NCBI GenBank assembly: GCA_000004985.1
Contig: GG738845.1
Strand: one strand, 5' to 3'
Length of the DNA: 64,000 nt
Source of the DNA: Naegleria gruberi
Taxonomy: Eukaryota
Shown here: one piece after another, positions 43,709-55,384 of the stretch
How positions within the stretch are numbered: position 1 is the stretch's first letter
Layout of the letters: each line of letters begins with the position of its first letter
Position numbers and translations under genes: made by a program
Notes under the pieces: model-generated
What the model saw: only the letters and a program-made list of their open reading frames with translations
The model's database searches: none
Told to the model about the DNA's origin: nothing

Positions 43709-44332
43709 TTAAATCATATTAGTATGTTTCTTGGTTGAACTAGTTGGTTGATTGGTTTTTTCCAAAATTGTTGAACCAGATTCAATTTTTTGGGAAACTT
43801 CGTTAACACTTTCCTCTGGTAATTTCTTTCTTAGTTCTGAAATTTCTTCTTTAGCTTGGACTAATTGATCCTCACTATCCAATAATAATTCCTTCACCAT
43901 TTCATAGTACATGACATCTCTTTGACGAGCAATTATCACAATTATCAAACAAATGATAAGTGCAGCATTAATAAAATGAAGTGGTCCTTTGACGGCAGAG
44001 TCCTTTGTAGCTCCTTGTTTCACATATTTTTCCAATAAATCTTCCAATTGATTTACATCTTGTGTTGTGAATGCTTTTTTCTCTGATAAATGTTGAAGTA
44101 TTTCCCTACTATTTTTTAATTTGGATGAAATTTCATCTTGTTGTGATTCGGAATCAGCGGCAAGTGCAGCTTCTTGTTGTTGTTTGAATTCCGCAGCAGT
44201 TTGTGCAGGTCTATTATTTCTTGGAGTATTTAGAATATTATTGGCGCCTCCTCCTAATGCTCTCAGGTTAGTCGAGAACTTTCTTGTATTAACTAAATGA
44301 GAGAGAATGGAACGACTATTCAGCCTGAGCAT
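43709..44332 (-). CDS. small mitochondrial-type membrane protein (207 aa): basic presequence, one TM helix, acidic coiled-coil flanks
   Basis: N-terminal MLRLNSRSILSHLVNTRKFSTNLRALGG is a typical matrix-targeting presequence. It has a single TM (LHFINAALIICLIIVIIARQ). Its stop is 15 bp from the stop of the convergent upstream gene. Confidence 0.6.
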   Translation of the reverse strand: MLRLNSRSILSHLVNTRKFSTNLRALGGGANNILNTPRNNRPAQTAAEFKQQQEAALAADSESQQDEISSKLKNSREILQHLSEKKAFTTQDVNQLEDLLEKYVKQGATKDSAVKGPLHFINAALIICLIIVIIARQRDVMYYEMVKELLLDSEDQLVQAKEEISELRKKLPEESVNEVSQKIESGSTILEKTNQPTSSTKKHTNMI

Positions 44333-44421
44333 TTTTTATTGTTTGTGGATAATTTCAATTTAAATAAATTAATTTTAATAGAGCTTCGCGCCAACAGTAA
44401 TCGATTTTAACATTTAAAAAA

Positions 44422-45774
44422 ATGGAGTTTGCTTCACCCTCATCTGTTCACAACACAAACTACCCTGTTCAGAGAAGAAATTCTAACTCTGAACAATTTT
44501 TGACTCCCTATTCGGCCAATGAACCTCTGTACTTAGATGATGACAATGAAATTTGTTCTCCACAAATCCCGATCTCAACTGCAAAAACATTTTCTAAATC
44601 TGATAATTCTCTTGGTACTGATCTTCTCCCAAGTAATATGTCGTACGAAGTGGTTTGGAGAGAGGAAAAAATAAGGTTGCTTGAACAAGAGAGAAACTCC
44701 GCCCTATTAAAAATTGAGGAATTTGCTAAACAAAACCTTATTCTAAGAGAGGAGTTGAAAAAGAATCAGAAAAACACAAGCAATCCAACTAATGAGATCA
44801 ACCAATTAAAACATGAAAGAAATTCCATACAAGAATATGCTGAACAAATCCGCCAACAAAAGAACTTTCTTCAAGAACAACTAAATACGATAAAGCATGG
44901 CCAGGGAAATGTTGAAAGAGATTTAGAAAAAAAGGATATTCAAATTAGAAACCAAGAAAACCAAATAAGAGAATTATCTCACCAACTAGTTTCCCTCCAA
45001 AAGCAATGTGAGCAACTAATCTCAGAGAGAGAGAAAATGAAGAGTGATCTTATTGAGGCTCAAACCAATTTACATATCAAATCAGCTGAGCTAGAGGAAC
45101 TCAATGGAGTTCAAGAAGAATTGTTAAAGGCTATGAGCGAAGAAAAAAAGAAAACAACAGAACTGTTAAAACAGCAGAACTCTGAAAATGTTTCACGAGA
45201 GAAAATGAAAAAAGAAAATGAAAGATTGGAACTGTTGGTTGACAAGTTACAATCTGACTTTAAAAGGGAGCAACAAGAAAATTTTAATCAAAGATTAAAA
45301 TTTAATACAACACTCGAAGATACACAGATGAAAATGCAGGAAGAAATTGATAGGCTCACTAACAGTCTTTCCCAACTCAAGAGAGAAACAGAAGAAAAAG
45401 AAATACAACTAAAAAACCAAATTCATTCTCAGCAACACAAGATTGGTACATTGACAGATCAATTAAGAGAACAAATGGACAGGTATGAAAAGAATTTATC
45501 GTTATTAAAAACTGAAGAATCAGAAGAAAAGAACAAACACAACCAACAAGTCTCAAAATTTAAGAAGGAATTATCATCAAGCATTGAAATGATAAAACTG
45601 TTAAAGGAAGCAAACAAAAATTTGGAAGACAACTTTGTACAACATCAAAAAATAATATCTGCTTTAGAAGACCGTTTGAAAAAAGAAAAAGAAGAAAAGG
45701 AGGAATTGGCAGAAAATCTTGACATTCTAAAAAACAAATTACCTAAAATGCTTGCTTTGATTGCAGAAGACTGA
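44422..45774 (+). CDS. coiled-coil protein (450 aa)
   Basis: Uninterrupted ORF ending in TGA. About 350 aa of heptad-rich E/K/Q/L sequence follow a Ser/Pro-rich N-terminus. Confidence 0.7.
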   Translation: MEFASPSSVHNTNYPVQRRNSNSEQFLTPYSANEPLYLDDDNEICSPQIPISTAKTFSKSDNSLGTDLLPSNMSYEVVWREEKIRLLEQERNSALLKIEEFAKQNLILREELKKNQKNTSNPTNEINQLKHERNSIQEYAEQIRQQKNFLQEQLNTIKHGQGNVERDLEKKDIQIRNQENQIRELSHQLVSLQKQCEQLISEREKMKSDLIEAQTNLHIKSAELEELNGVQEELLKAMSEEKKKTTELLKQQNSENVSREKMKKENERLELLVDKLQSDFKREQQENFNQRLKFNTTLEDTQMKMQEEIDRLTNSLSQLKRETEEKEIQLKNQIHSQQHKIGTLTDQLREQMDRYEKNLSLLKTEESEEKNKHNQQVSKFKKELSSSIEMIKLLKEANKNLEDNFVQHQKIISALEDRLKKEKEEKEELAENLDILKNKLPKMLALIAED

Positions 45775-45838
45775 AAATCAAACAAAAATTTAAAAATAAA
45801 TTTGTATTAAAGAACTCCCGCTTTACCAATACAAAAAA

Positions 45839-48800
45839 ATGTCTGAACTGGAAGACCTTGATGAGGAACCAACAAACAACACAAGACCATCCTCATCACA
45901 TATTCCCCAAAGCAAGAACGAATTAACAACAGATTTTCCCAAAAGACCAAAAACATCTCCCTCCAGAAATGATGAAGGGGCAATTGAACAACAACAGGAA
46001 GAACGGTCGGAGGATGTGGATCAAACCATCACCAAAAGAAGGAAAAAAAGAAGGACGAGAAGGCTTTTCGATGATGAACAAGAAGAGCAACCAGTTCTTG
46101 AATCTGAGGTAAATCAAGTAATCCAAACCAACGAAACAGAGGAAAGGATTCCAGAAAGGAGTGAATTCCAACAAAATGAACATCCTACAGAAGAGCCAGT
46201 TCAAGATTATCTTGAAGCTGAACCAATCACAAAAAAGTTGATTGAGAAAGATATTAAACAAGAAGAAAAGATTGTAGAGAGAAAGTTTCCAACAGTTATA
46301 AAAAAAGAACAAGCCAAGAAAAATCAGAATGAATGCTTGACACAAATCTCGGAAATAAGACCTGTGGTTGAAGGAGTTATTAAACAAATTCAGATTAGAG
46401 TTAGAGAGCTAGGAAAGCTTCAAGAATTTTATTTGTCAAAACAAAAAACTAAAGAAGCAGAAGAATGTAAAAGCTTGGCAGAAAAATTGAAAACATCCAC
46501 CGAAAAACTGTCCCAAGAATATTCTTCCAAATATAGATACTTTGATCCTCAAGAGGAGGGAATATTTGCTGACAAAAAGCCATTCATGTTGGAAAAAGGA
46601 CAACATTTACTTGAACATAGACTTTTAAGGGAATCTAATGGATTAACAAAATTTTTTGATGAAAATGGACAACTCATGGTTCAAATGGATCCAACTGCAA
46701 AAGTATTCACAAAACCTGGAGAAAATGATTTTGACTTTATTGACAATAGAACAATATCTCTTAAACGGACAATACCAACAAGAAGTATTCGTTCAACAAC
46801 AGCAACAAAACACTACAAGATAGAAATAGATCTTAGAGAAGTCTTATTTGAAGACCACCCTTTAATGTGTGAGGAGGAAATATTAGCTAGAAAAATACAT
46901 GAAGCATTCAAAATGTATAAGGAATTGAAAGAAAATGACAAATATACATACTTCCATAAGAGATTATTAGCTTTGCAAACAGAACTAGATAGACTTAGAG
47001 GCAAAAAAGACAAGGCGGTAAAAAAAACAAACCCACTTGATGAATTAAGCTATCTCACAAAAGAAACAAAAGAGTTGGAAAGAGAAATGTCTGTTCTAAG
47101 GTCTGAAATACGACAAAATAGACAAGATTTGGAAAATGAGGAGCAAAAAGAAATAATGCTAGTAAATTCAGTGATTGGAAATTGGAATGCCCTTTGCAAA
47201 GTTAGATCTACCAACAGATATAACGTAACAAACGTTAAATTGGGATTTAGAACAATTCCTCAAAACAAGGAGGATGACAGTTTTAGGATACAATACCAAA
47301 TCGAACAAGAGTTACAAGAATTGGAAGAGGATATGAGATGGAGTTACATTCAAAAATTAATTGAATTCAGAGAGCAACTTATTCCAAAACAGGAGCAAGA
47401 GTTTTCTTCCCTATATTTGATAGCAAAGAGCTCTCCCAAACTTGAATATTTTGATAAAGAAGAAGAAAAAAAGAAAATACTGACACGAATAGAGAAAACA
47501 ACAAGATATCCTGGGGAACCAATTGTTGTTCCAGAAATTTTGAAAATGGAAATAACAAAAGAATCAGAATTACCACCCGTAAGTATTTGCTTAAAATATG
47601 AAATAACTCGATCAGATGGAGGTCGAAAGAAGGAAGCAAATTAGCATGCTCTCATACCATATTAATTTATTGGTAAATGGAAACTATGTCTGTAAAACTA
47701 CCAATCAACAACTAAGATCTGATTTCACAATTAATTTTAATGAAATTGTTTCTGTTAGCGTTTTTAAATGGCCAGAATCAATCAGCTTGCAGATTTCTCA
47801 ATCTGGATGGTTCGAAAAGCCGCTCACTAATGTTTTTGTCCCTGTTCCAGGTTTAGAAAGATCTGGTAAAACAGATACTGAAAGTGTAAAACAAATTTCA
47901 TTTACTTCCCCGGAACCACATGTTCCAGTTTGGGATCTTCAGGCAACAGGCTCCTTTCCTCCTTCAATATTTCAAATATTCAAACCTGTTCTCTCTCCCA
48001 GTCATCATACCTACGGAAGTATTAAACTCTCTATTTCTTGGGTAAAGCCATCCGAAGAACGGACAGTGGAAGCCCCAAAACCACCAGTCGAAAAAACAAA
48101 GAAGAATCTTCCAACTGCAAGAGACTTACTCAACCTGAAACAAATAACTTCTTGGATGGAAACAAACAACATTGATCCCAATGACCCAAGAAACACTGGA
48201 CTTCTTTCCATGTTGAATGAATTAGACAGAGACGATCTTTCTAGCAAAGGTTTTTATTTGGCTGAGCAAGATGAAGACCTATTCTTTTTCGAGGAATTTA
48301 ATAGTTCTTCTTTCCAAAGACGTCTCCATTTATTGAAATTGAGGGATGAAGTAAAAGGAAAGGTACCATTACCTATGATTTCTTTGAATTTAGATCATAT
48401 CCAACCAAGGAATGTTAAAAATTATGAGGAAAGGATCATCCAATCACTCTCCAACGAGGCAAGATTATCATCATACGTAAATCAAGTTAGAAATTATACA
48501 AATAATGTTGTAATGAAGAAAGCAAAGAGACTAGTGAAGACAAATATGGAGTAAGTTATTTGGAAAATTAATTTCCTTACAAATATTTCTAGTGTATCTC
48601 AATATGTTAGAGAGCCTCCACTCCCAGAATTCCACCATTCCATTGATGCCATAATTGAAGTATTTGAAGAATACCGACCTTTAAATCCAAAAAGAGTTCA
48701 AAAGGAAGTACCTCCTATTAATGAAATTAATCAATGCAATATACTTATCCAAATAACAAGAGGATACAACTTCCCAGTCAGGAAAGGGCACGATGATGAG

Positions 48801-50651
48801 ACCTATAGAAACTACAGGCAAGAGAGATTGAAAAATGCTAGTGAAATTGGATTAGAAATGCAAATGGGAACTCGTGTTGCAACAAATGTACCAACCAATA
48901 TCTATGATCACACAATAGCTAATGCTGCCACATTACAAAAAGGACCCCAAGATACAATTAATTATATCACCATGGCTAAAAACACTCAAGAGCAGGGAAT
49001 GCCAGATGTAAGTACTAACTTTGCATTCTTAATTATTTAATTTCAACAGAGATTGCTCTCATTCGTTGCTATTAACTTTGATGGAGATATTCAAAGAACA
49101 AAATCTGTGGAAGGTCCATTCCCTCAATTCAATCAAACCCTATCAATACCTCTAAAAACTGTAAATAATGACTATAGCCCAGAATCACTGAAATTAATTG
49201 ATAAGGAAATTTACTTTGATGTTTTTGATGAAATAACCGTTGAAGGCCTAAGAGACGAAAGAGATTACAATACCATAAATCAAAGAGCTGAATTTAAGTG
49301 GTTAGGCTCTTACTCAGTACCATTCTCTACTCTGTACCAAAACGGAAAAATAATTGGTACCTTTAGACTTAAAACACCTCCTCTCTATCTGGGCTATGGA
49401 AAATCTGTTAATGATCAGAACGCTTACACAGCCTTAACCGTCTGTATTACACTGGATCCTCCTTTGCCAAGACCAGAGAAAGTTGAAGATTTCATAATTA
49501 CTGGAGAGGGACCTGAAGTGTATTCTTACTGTCAGTGGTGGTCTAAAGTTGTGAGAAAGTCCAAATATGCAAAAACCAGGAATGTGAAATGTCTTGTTCC
49601 AAATATTGAAGGAAAGGCAACTTTACTTACAAGGTACATTACTCCACAAGACCCTCCTCCTGAATTACAGACAGCTTCTGAACTAGCAAGATTTGTATCC
49701 CTCATTCCTCTTTTAAACGATTCATTAACGTTTGACGCAGGAGATATTTGGATTGGATCCCAAGAGTTTTTAGATACAAGGGCTGGTGATTGGGAAGAAC
49801 ATTCAATTCTTCTGTGCAACTATTTCCTTAGTTTGGGTAAAACAACTTTCTTTGTTCTTGGAAAAGGTGTCCCAGAAGGAGATACTGCATATGTTCTTAC
49901 AGTTGAAACCAGCGCAACAATTACACATAACAATAACCATTCGTATCAGGAAAATAGAAAGTGTTTATTGTTGTGGAACTCAGTAACCGGAGAGAAATAT
50001 TCAGTAGATGATCCTCTTTGTCCCCTTCAAGAAATACACTTAATTGCATCCCAAACAAATATTTGGATTAATGTGCAAAAACATGCCCAGCCATCCATGA
50101 TGAAATTTGATCTTAATGATATTTCACTATTTTATCCTCTATATAACCCAACAAGAGATTCTAACAGGATGATTGCTAAAGAATGTTGCGATCAAAAAGG
50201 AAAGATTCAATATAAGAAACTACTATACAATAAGTGCTCTCCAAATAATAGCATAAGACTAGAACAAGATATTAGACGAGCAATTGAGGAAGGATTTTCT
50301 TTATGGAGACACAAAGCTACGATATGGGACAACTCTGTTAGCAAAACATTTAAAGAGCTTTTACAAAGTTTCGAAGCAAGCAAAAAGCTAGACCAAGCAC
50401 TAAGTGATGAAAACCAACAACAAGTTTTGGCCATTGTAAATGAATCAAGTGCAGTGAATGGTTTTCCCCTTAATTTTTGTTTCAAGGATATTGAGGAAAT
50501 TGTTACAGAAGTACGAAACACCATGGTATACGATACATATGAGCCGGATGTAAAGTTTGCACTAGCTGTGTATGTAGAGCCATATGCTAATGATATTTGT
50601 AGTGTGTGGGTTTACGTTGCATCAATTATCAACAAGAGAGGGTATTATTAA
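45839..50651 (+). CDS. CC2D2A (MKS6)-like ciliary transition-zone protein: N-terminal coiled coil, C2 domain, C-terminal inactive transglutaminase-like domain; 4 exons, about 1560 aa
   Basis: Exons 45839-47578, 47616-48550, 48593-49007, 49050-50651. Introns are 37, 42 and 42 nt, all GTAAGT...AG, one with an ACTAAC branch site. It has a basic/coiled-coil N-terminus, a C2-like beta-sandwich (RLLSFVAINFDGDIQRTKSVEGPFPQFNQTLSIPLKT...) and a TGL-like core with a degenerate catalytic site (DAGDIWIGSQEFLDTRAGDWEEHSILLCNYFLSLGKTTFFVLGKGVPEGDTAYVLTVE). The architecture and length match CC2D2A. Confidence 0.7.
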
Positions 50652-52252
50652 TCATAATATCACTCCACTTCCCAGATAGGATAACATGCTTCAATCGGCA
50701 TAAAAATCTACTTATTTCTCCCATTTCATCTTTCCTGTGGTAGAAGAATGTGAAACAGTCTCCCAAGGAAACATCATTAATTCCCTCAGCCTCTTTAATA
50801 TCTGGAAGAGGAATTTTACAAAATCCAAACCTGTTTACTCTGTCACCAAGGGATAATTGTCCAAAATCGTTTCTCCCTTAAAAGAAATAATTATAATAGA
50901 GATTACAAAATAACAAACCTGAAAAATAAAACTCATTTCTATCTGTAATTAATATTGAACGAAAATTTCCACATTTGATAAATTTGATTTTCTCCTTGAA
51001 TTCTATTTTGTTTAAATATCCGCTTGTTAGCTCAGTACACTTTGAGACACCCAATTGTCCATACATATTATTCCCAAAGCTATATAATTCGTTAACTCGA
51101 TTAAGTATAAGTACATGTGAAGCTCCCACAGAAATCATGTCAATCCAACCAATATTAATATTAACGGGTGTAAAAGTATTTCTCTGAATACAGTCAGGAA
51201 ATCCAAGTTGTCCAAATGTATTTTCTAATTAATCTAATATTCAGTGTCATCACTAAAAATTGAAACAAACCTCCACAAGAATAAATTGTATTCTTTCTTG
51301 TTAAAATCACTGTATGAGAATGCCCAAATCCGAAATCCTTAACTGAGTCTGTAATATAATCTATATGGGTAAATGAAGGCACTATAGTGACATTTTGCAA
51401 TCCCAATTGTCCATTTTGATTATTTCCTGCAAGATATAATTTTCCAGATCTTGTTAGGAATCCAGTTTTATGAAGTCCACATTTAAGCAATATTATTTCT
51501 TCACAAAATTGATTGGCATTCGTGGGATGAAAAGTATTACATTCTATCAATTGACCAATCCCTAATTGACCAAACTCGTTATCTAAAAATTATTAACTAT
51601 AAACTTAATTTGAAATTTACCTCCACAACAATAAACTTGATTGTCCAATGTCAATAAAGCAGAATGATACGATTTACTGGCTATTGCTTTAATGGACAGA
51701 GATTTCACTCCCATAACTTGAATAAATTCGAGAACACTTTCGTTGTGACCTAAAAGTTTCTAAAAATCCAAAAGAAAATATATTTACCTAAACCTATTAT
51801 TCACTTTTGTCAAAAACATTAAAATAATAATACAAACCTAATTGCCCACTGTAATTCCTTTGAAATTTAAATAAAATTCAAGAAATTATTACTCACCATC
51901 CTAAAAAGAATGTCACCTGGCAATTTATAATAAATTATAACATACCACACACCCACAATTCATTCCCAAATGTTAATATCATAGAGTGGCTTGCTCCTAG
52001 TTCTATCTGTTTAATTTCCTTTAAAATGTTTTTAGCTGTTTCTTCTACTGTAGAAATCCACTTGGTACTATTGTTGTTATTGTTTGATATTGATAATTGT
52101 CCATAATAGTTTCTTCCACAACAAAGTACTTTATATTTCCTCTGTTCATTCATTTGTTTTGCATCTTCATCACAAGATGAGAATAAAACCCTGTTCGTAA
52201 ATATTTTATTATCATCAAGTTGCAAATGATTTTCCTCTTGATAATTGTTCAT
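50627..52252 (-). CDS. RCC1-repeat protein, intron-rich (at least 6 micro-introns); 3' end approximate
   Basis: Track ORFs 51935-52252, 51194-51550 and 50878-51138 plus short intervening exons all carry RCC1-blade motifs (CCGRNYYGQLS, NYSGQLGL, AGNNQNGQLGLQN, ENTFGQLGFPD, GNNMYGQLGVSK, GENDFGQLSLGD). They are separated by GTATGT, GTAAGT, GTGAGT and GTTTGT introns of about 35-45 nt. Exon 1 is 51947-52252. The last exon appears to read into the final codons of the convergent CC2D2A-like gene. Confidence 0.55.
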
Positions 52253-52266
52253 TTTTTATTATCAAT

Positions 52267-53481
52267 TTATTTTCTAAATCCGAACCAGCCACCAGAAGCT
52301 TGTTTCTTGTCTTCAACAGGTTGTTGTTGTTGTTGAGCTTTCTTAATGTTTTGTAATTTTGTAATAAAATCACGAGCTATTTGTTGTGCTGGTTTGTCTC
52401 TGTTTCCGTATTCATTTAAAATTGTCCTCACATCAATTTTACCAGATTTACTGGCTACAAGCTCCAAGAATGGTACTAAATCTGTCAGTAATCTGTCGGA
52501 TGTATCTCCTTTCCATGGCTCAACAACAAGTGTATTTTCAGGTTGCTTACTATAGGCTTCAGCACGGTGGTCAATCAAAACAATCCTTTCGATAGGTCTG
52601 TTCATCAATGACAGATCCTTAATAGTTTTACCATTCTCCATAGTTGTAGAATCCTTGAAGAGTTTGTGAGCATATTGATTTGGATCAAGTCTTTCAATAA
52701 TTTGTTGAACAGATGTCATATAATTTTCACTGAAAAATACCAATTCATAGTATTGACTAATTGTCTTGAGGAAATTATCCAATCCAGGACGTTTTTGTGT
52801 TTTCCAACCTGTACGTGGTGTGTAATAAGTATGAATCAAAAGGTCTTCGACTGCTAAAATCAAAACAGGTTTTTGAGGAGATCCTTCTGCAAGATCAGGA
52901 AGGAGTTTAGAATTGGTTGGTTTGGTTAATGGTGCCATGAGTTCATCAATTTTCTCTTTCAAATTATCAAAGCTAAATCCTATTTCGGAGTATAATCCAT
53001 ACATTGCATAGAGTCCCATCATCATAAAGAAGGGAAGTGAATATTTTACACCATATGCATGCCAGTTTGGTTTTGTACGAATTTTTTCAGTAGCTTGTTG
53101 GTCTCCCATATCCTCATAGTCTGCACCAGTTGTTTTCTTTTTTTCATTTGTCTTTTGTTCTTGTTGTGAATCCTTTTTTTCATTTGTCTTTTTTTCTTTC
53201 TTTGGTTCTTCTGCTTTCTTTTCTTCTTCAGCTGTTGAAGCTTCTTCTTGTTCCTCGGCTTCTTCTGGTTGTGGTGGAGGAGGATTGTTCTTTCTTTCCT
53301 CAGCCTTCATCTTTTTAATTCTTTCGGCTTTTTCTCTCAAATTATAATCATCTTCATTGGATGGTTTTGAACCAACACGAAGAAGAACTTTAGTAGACGA
53401 AGTGAAGGCTCTGTTTTGTTCCAAAGGTTGGAAAGAAAGGAATTTGTTTGTATTAATGTGGTTAAGAATTGATAAGTACAT
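52267..53481 (-). CDS. TIM50: mitochondrial import inner-membrane translocase subunit TIM50 (FCP1-like phosphatase fold)
   Basis: Presequence, single TM (YSLPFFMMMGLYAMYGLY) and the FCP1-homology domain. This is closely collinear with TIM50: KPVLILAVEDLLIHTYYTPRTGWKTQKRPGLDNFLKTISQYYELVFFSENYMTSVQQIIERLDP...IKDLSLMNRPIERIVLIDHRAEAYSKQPENTLVVEPWKGDTSDRLLTDLVPFLELVA. The real ATG is at 53481; the track start at 53484 is GTG. Confidence 0.85.
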   Translation of the reverse strand: MYLSILNHINTNKFLSFQPLEQNRAFTSSTKVLLRVGSKPSNEDDYNLREKAERIKKMKAEERKNNPPPPQPEEAEEQEEASTAEEEKKAEEPKKEKKTNEKKDSQQEQKTNEKKKTTGADYEDMGDQQATEKIRTKPNWHAYGVKYSLPFFMMMGLYAMYGLYSEIGFSFDNLKEKIDELMAPLTKPTNSKLLPDLAEGSPQKPVLILAVEDLLIHTYYTPRTGWKTQKRPGLDNFLKTISQYYELVFFSENYMTSVQQIIERLDPNQYAHKLFKDSTTMENGKTIKDLSLMNRPIERIVLIDHRAEAYSKQPENTLVVEPWKGDTSDRLLTDLVPFLELVASKSGKIDVRTILNEYGNRDKPAQQIARDFITKLQNIKKAQQQQQPVEDKKQASGGWFGFRK

Positions 53482-53721
53482 CACTAATAATTGTGAATAA
53501 GTGTAATATTAAAAACATACATTGCTCCTTCCTGGAAAGCTGTCTTCCCGTAGCTTTGGTGAGGGCAGGTAATAAATGTTTGAGCATTTTTTAAAGATTT
53601 GTTGGAAATAAAAATTCAATCAATTTATTATATAAAAATATTATTCTAATTCAAAGATTAAATATTTAATATTAATTGTTTGAGGGAAAATTATTTTATC
53701 GCTAACATTAAATATAATTAT

Positions 53722-55384
53722 TTAATGATCTAAAATTTTACTTTTCAATAATTGCTTCTTAGAGAATGATGTTAATTGTCTTACATGGCTGTCCAAAGCA
53801 TCAGAAAATTTGTTGTAAATAGTATAGGAGACATTGTTTTCCTTGCATACCTTTTTAACAATTGGTAAAATTTTTGGGTACAACCATGGATTAATACCAG
53901 GGAATAAGTGATGAATAACTTGGTAGTTCAAAAAACCAGAAAGATATGTCCAGAGGTAACTGTCATGACAATAATCAATGCAGGTAGTGACTTGAATAGC
54001 AGCCCAATCCAAATCGTCATTTCCACCATTGCCTTCATTGCTGTTATCGACCATCTCATTAATAGCATTTGATGGCCAAGCACATTTTTCAGAGATATGA
54101 TTAATTTGAGAAAGGAAGCCAAACATTACTCCAGCAACGATTTCAGTAGCAATAAAGGTCAAAACAGTTTCCATAACATTACGACCAATTAAACCCCCTG
54201 TCTTGTTAAATAAAAAGATTGGTAAAACTATTCTATAAATAAAGAAGAATATCTTACTTCCATAGAAATGGAAAGTAGTAGAGCTAAATGTGGGTGTGGC
54301 AAATGCAATACCTTCACTGACATGTCTTGTCCAATAATGGATAAAATCAACAATTTGCATGTAAAAGATCAATGAAGCATACAAGAAAGGCAATGATCCA
54401 AAAGAACCAGTCTTTGCCATGATATCTACAGGAACAGATGTATAATCCTTTGGTTCAGAATACATTTTAGCAATCAAATCAACCTTTTCATTTTTTGAAC
54501 AAGTGGCCTTAGTTGCTGAAGATGGAGTATTATCAATGTGTCTGTTCCAAGTGTAGACACCAACATCAGGATCAATCTCACTCATGTTAGTATAACTGTT
54601 TTGATAATTAGAAAAGAAAAATACCTAATACATACACGTGATGACCAACATTATGTCTAATGGTCCAAACATAAAAGGATTGGCCCAAAACATATGATCC
54701 AAAATTACCAATCAATCTCCACACTGTTGGAAAATCAGTGAAAGAACCATGACCTAAATCATGAACTACATGAACCAATGCAAGATGATGGAATAAACCA
54801 GCTAATAAACCCAATAAAATTGCAACTCCCAAATTGATTGATGGAAAATATTGAGAGAGAATTTGGCAAGTTAATAGACCTGTGAAAATAAAAATTGCAT
54901 TGCAAAGTCTAAGGCCTGAAACTCTTCTTATGTTCTTTTTGAATCCACTACTTTCATTCTTAATTAATTCATCTCTAATACGTTGTTTCATAATTTCATA
55001 AATATTTGTTTTGTTTGTTGATTGCTTTGGGCCAGAAAGAGGTGATTGGAAAGTGAATTTAATTGCAGCATCATTTGGTAGTTCATCTTGATTAAGAGGA
55101 AGCTTTCCTACTTTGGCACTTTCAACATCGAACTCTCCCACATACTTGATAGAACCTCCAGTGCCTTTGAGGTAGGATCTTGCAATTGATTCGGATGATA
55201 AATGGTATGATTCAAACAAGGCAGTAGCATCACGGGCGCAAGCAGATTCTATCATCTCACGACCACCAGGGTGCTTATCGGCAAACTCCGTCAAATCATA
55301 AACTTTATCGTAGAGAACTGTCCATAAACGAGTGTTCTTTACTCCATCATGCTCTTGAAGTTGTTCGAGTGTAATTTTACTCAT
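53722..55384 (-). CDS. front-end fatty-acid/sphingolipid desaturase with N-terminal cytochrome b5 domain; 2 exons
   Basis: Exon 1 is 54636-55384 and exon 2 is 53722-54580. The intron is 54581-54635 (55 nt, GTATGT ... TACTAAC ... AG). There is a cyt-b5 HPGG heme motif (DKHPGGREMIESACARDATALFESYH). His box 1 is HDLGHGS, His box 2 is RHNVGHH and the Gln-type His box 3 is QVIHHLFPGI, as in delta5/delta6/delta8 front-end desaturases. Splicing joins ...HNVGHHV to EIDPDVGVYTWNRH. Confidence 0.8.

Noticed and set aside
53130-53318. Plus-strand ORF 53130-53318 and other short antisense ORFs within TIM50, SAS-4-like, TFIIH p62 and Pol alpha genes (e.g. 10634-10846, 12170-12388, 25102-25410, 62832-63030)
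   Set aside because: They are antisense to well-supported conserved CDSs and arise from low-complexity K/E-rich codon runs.
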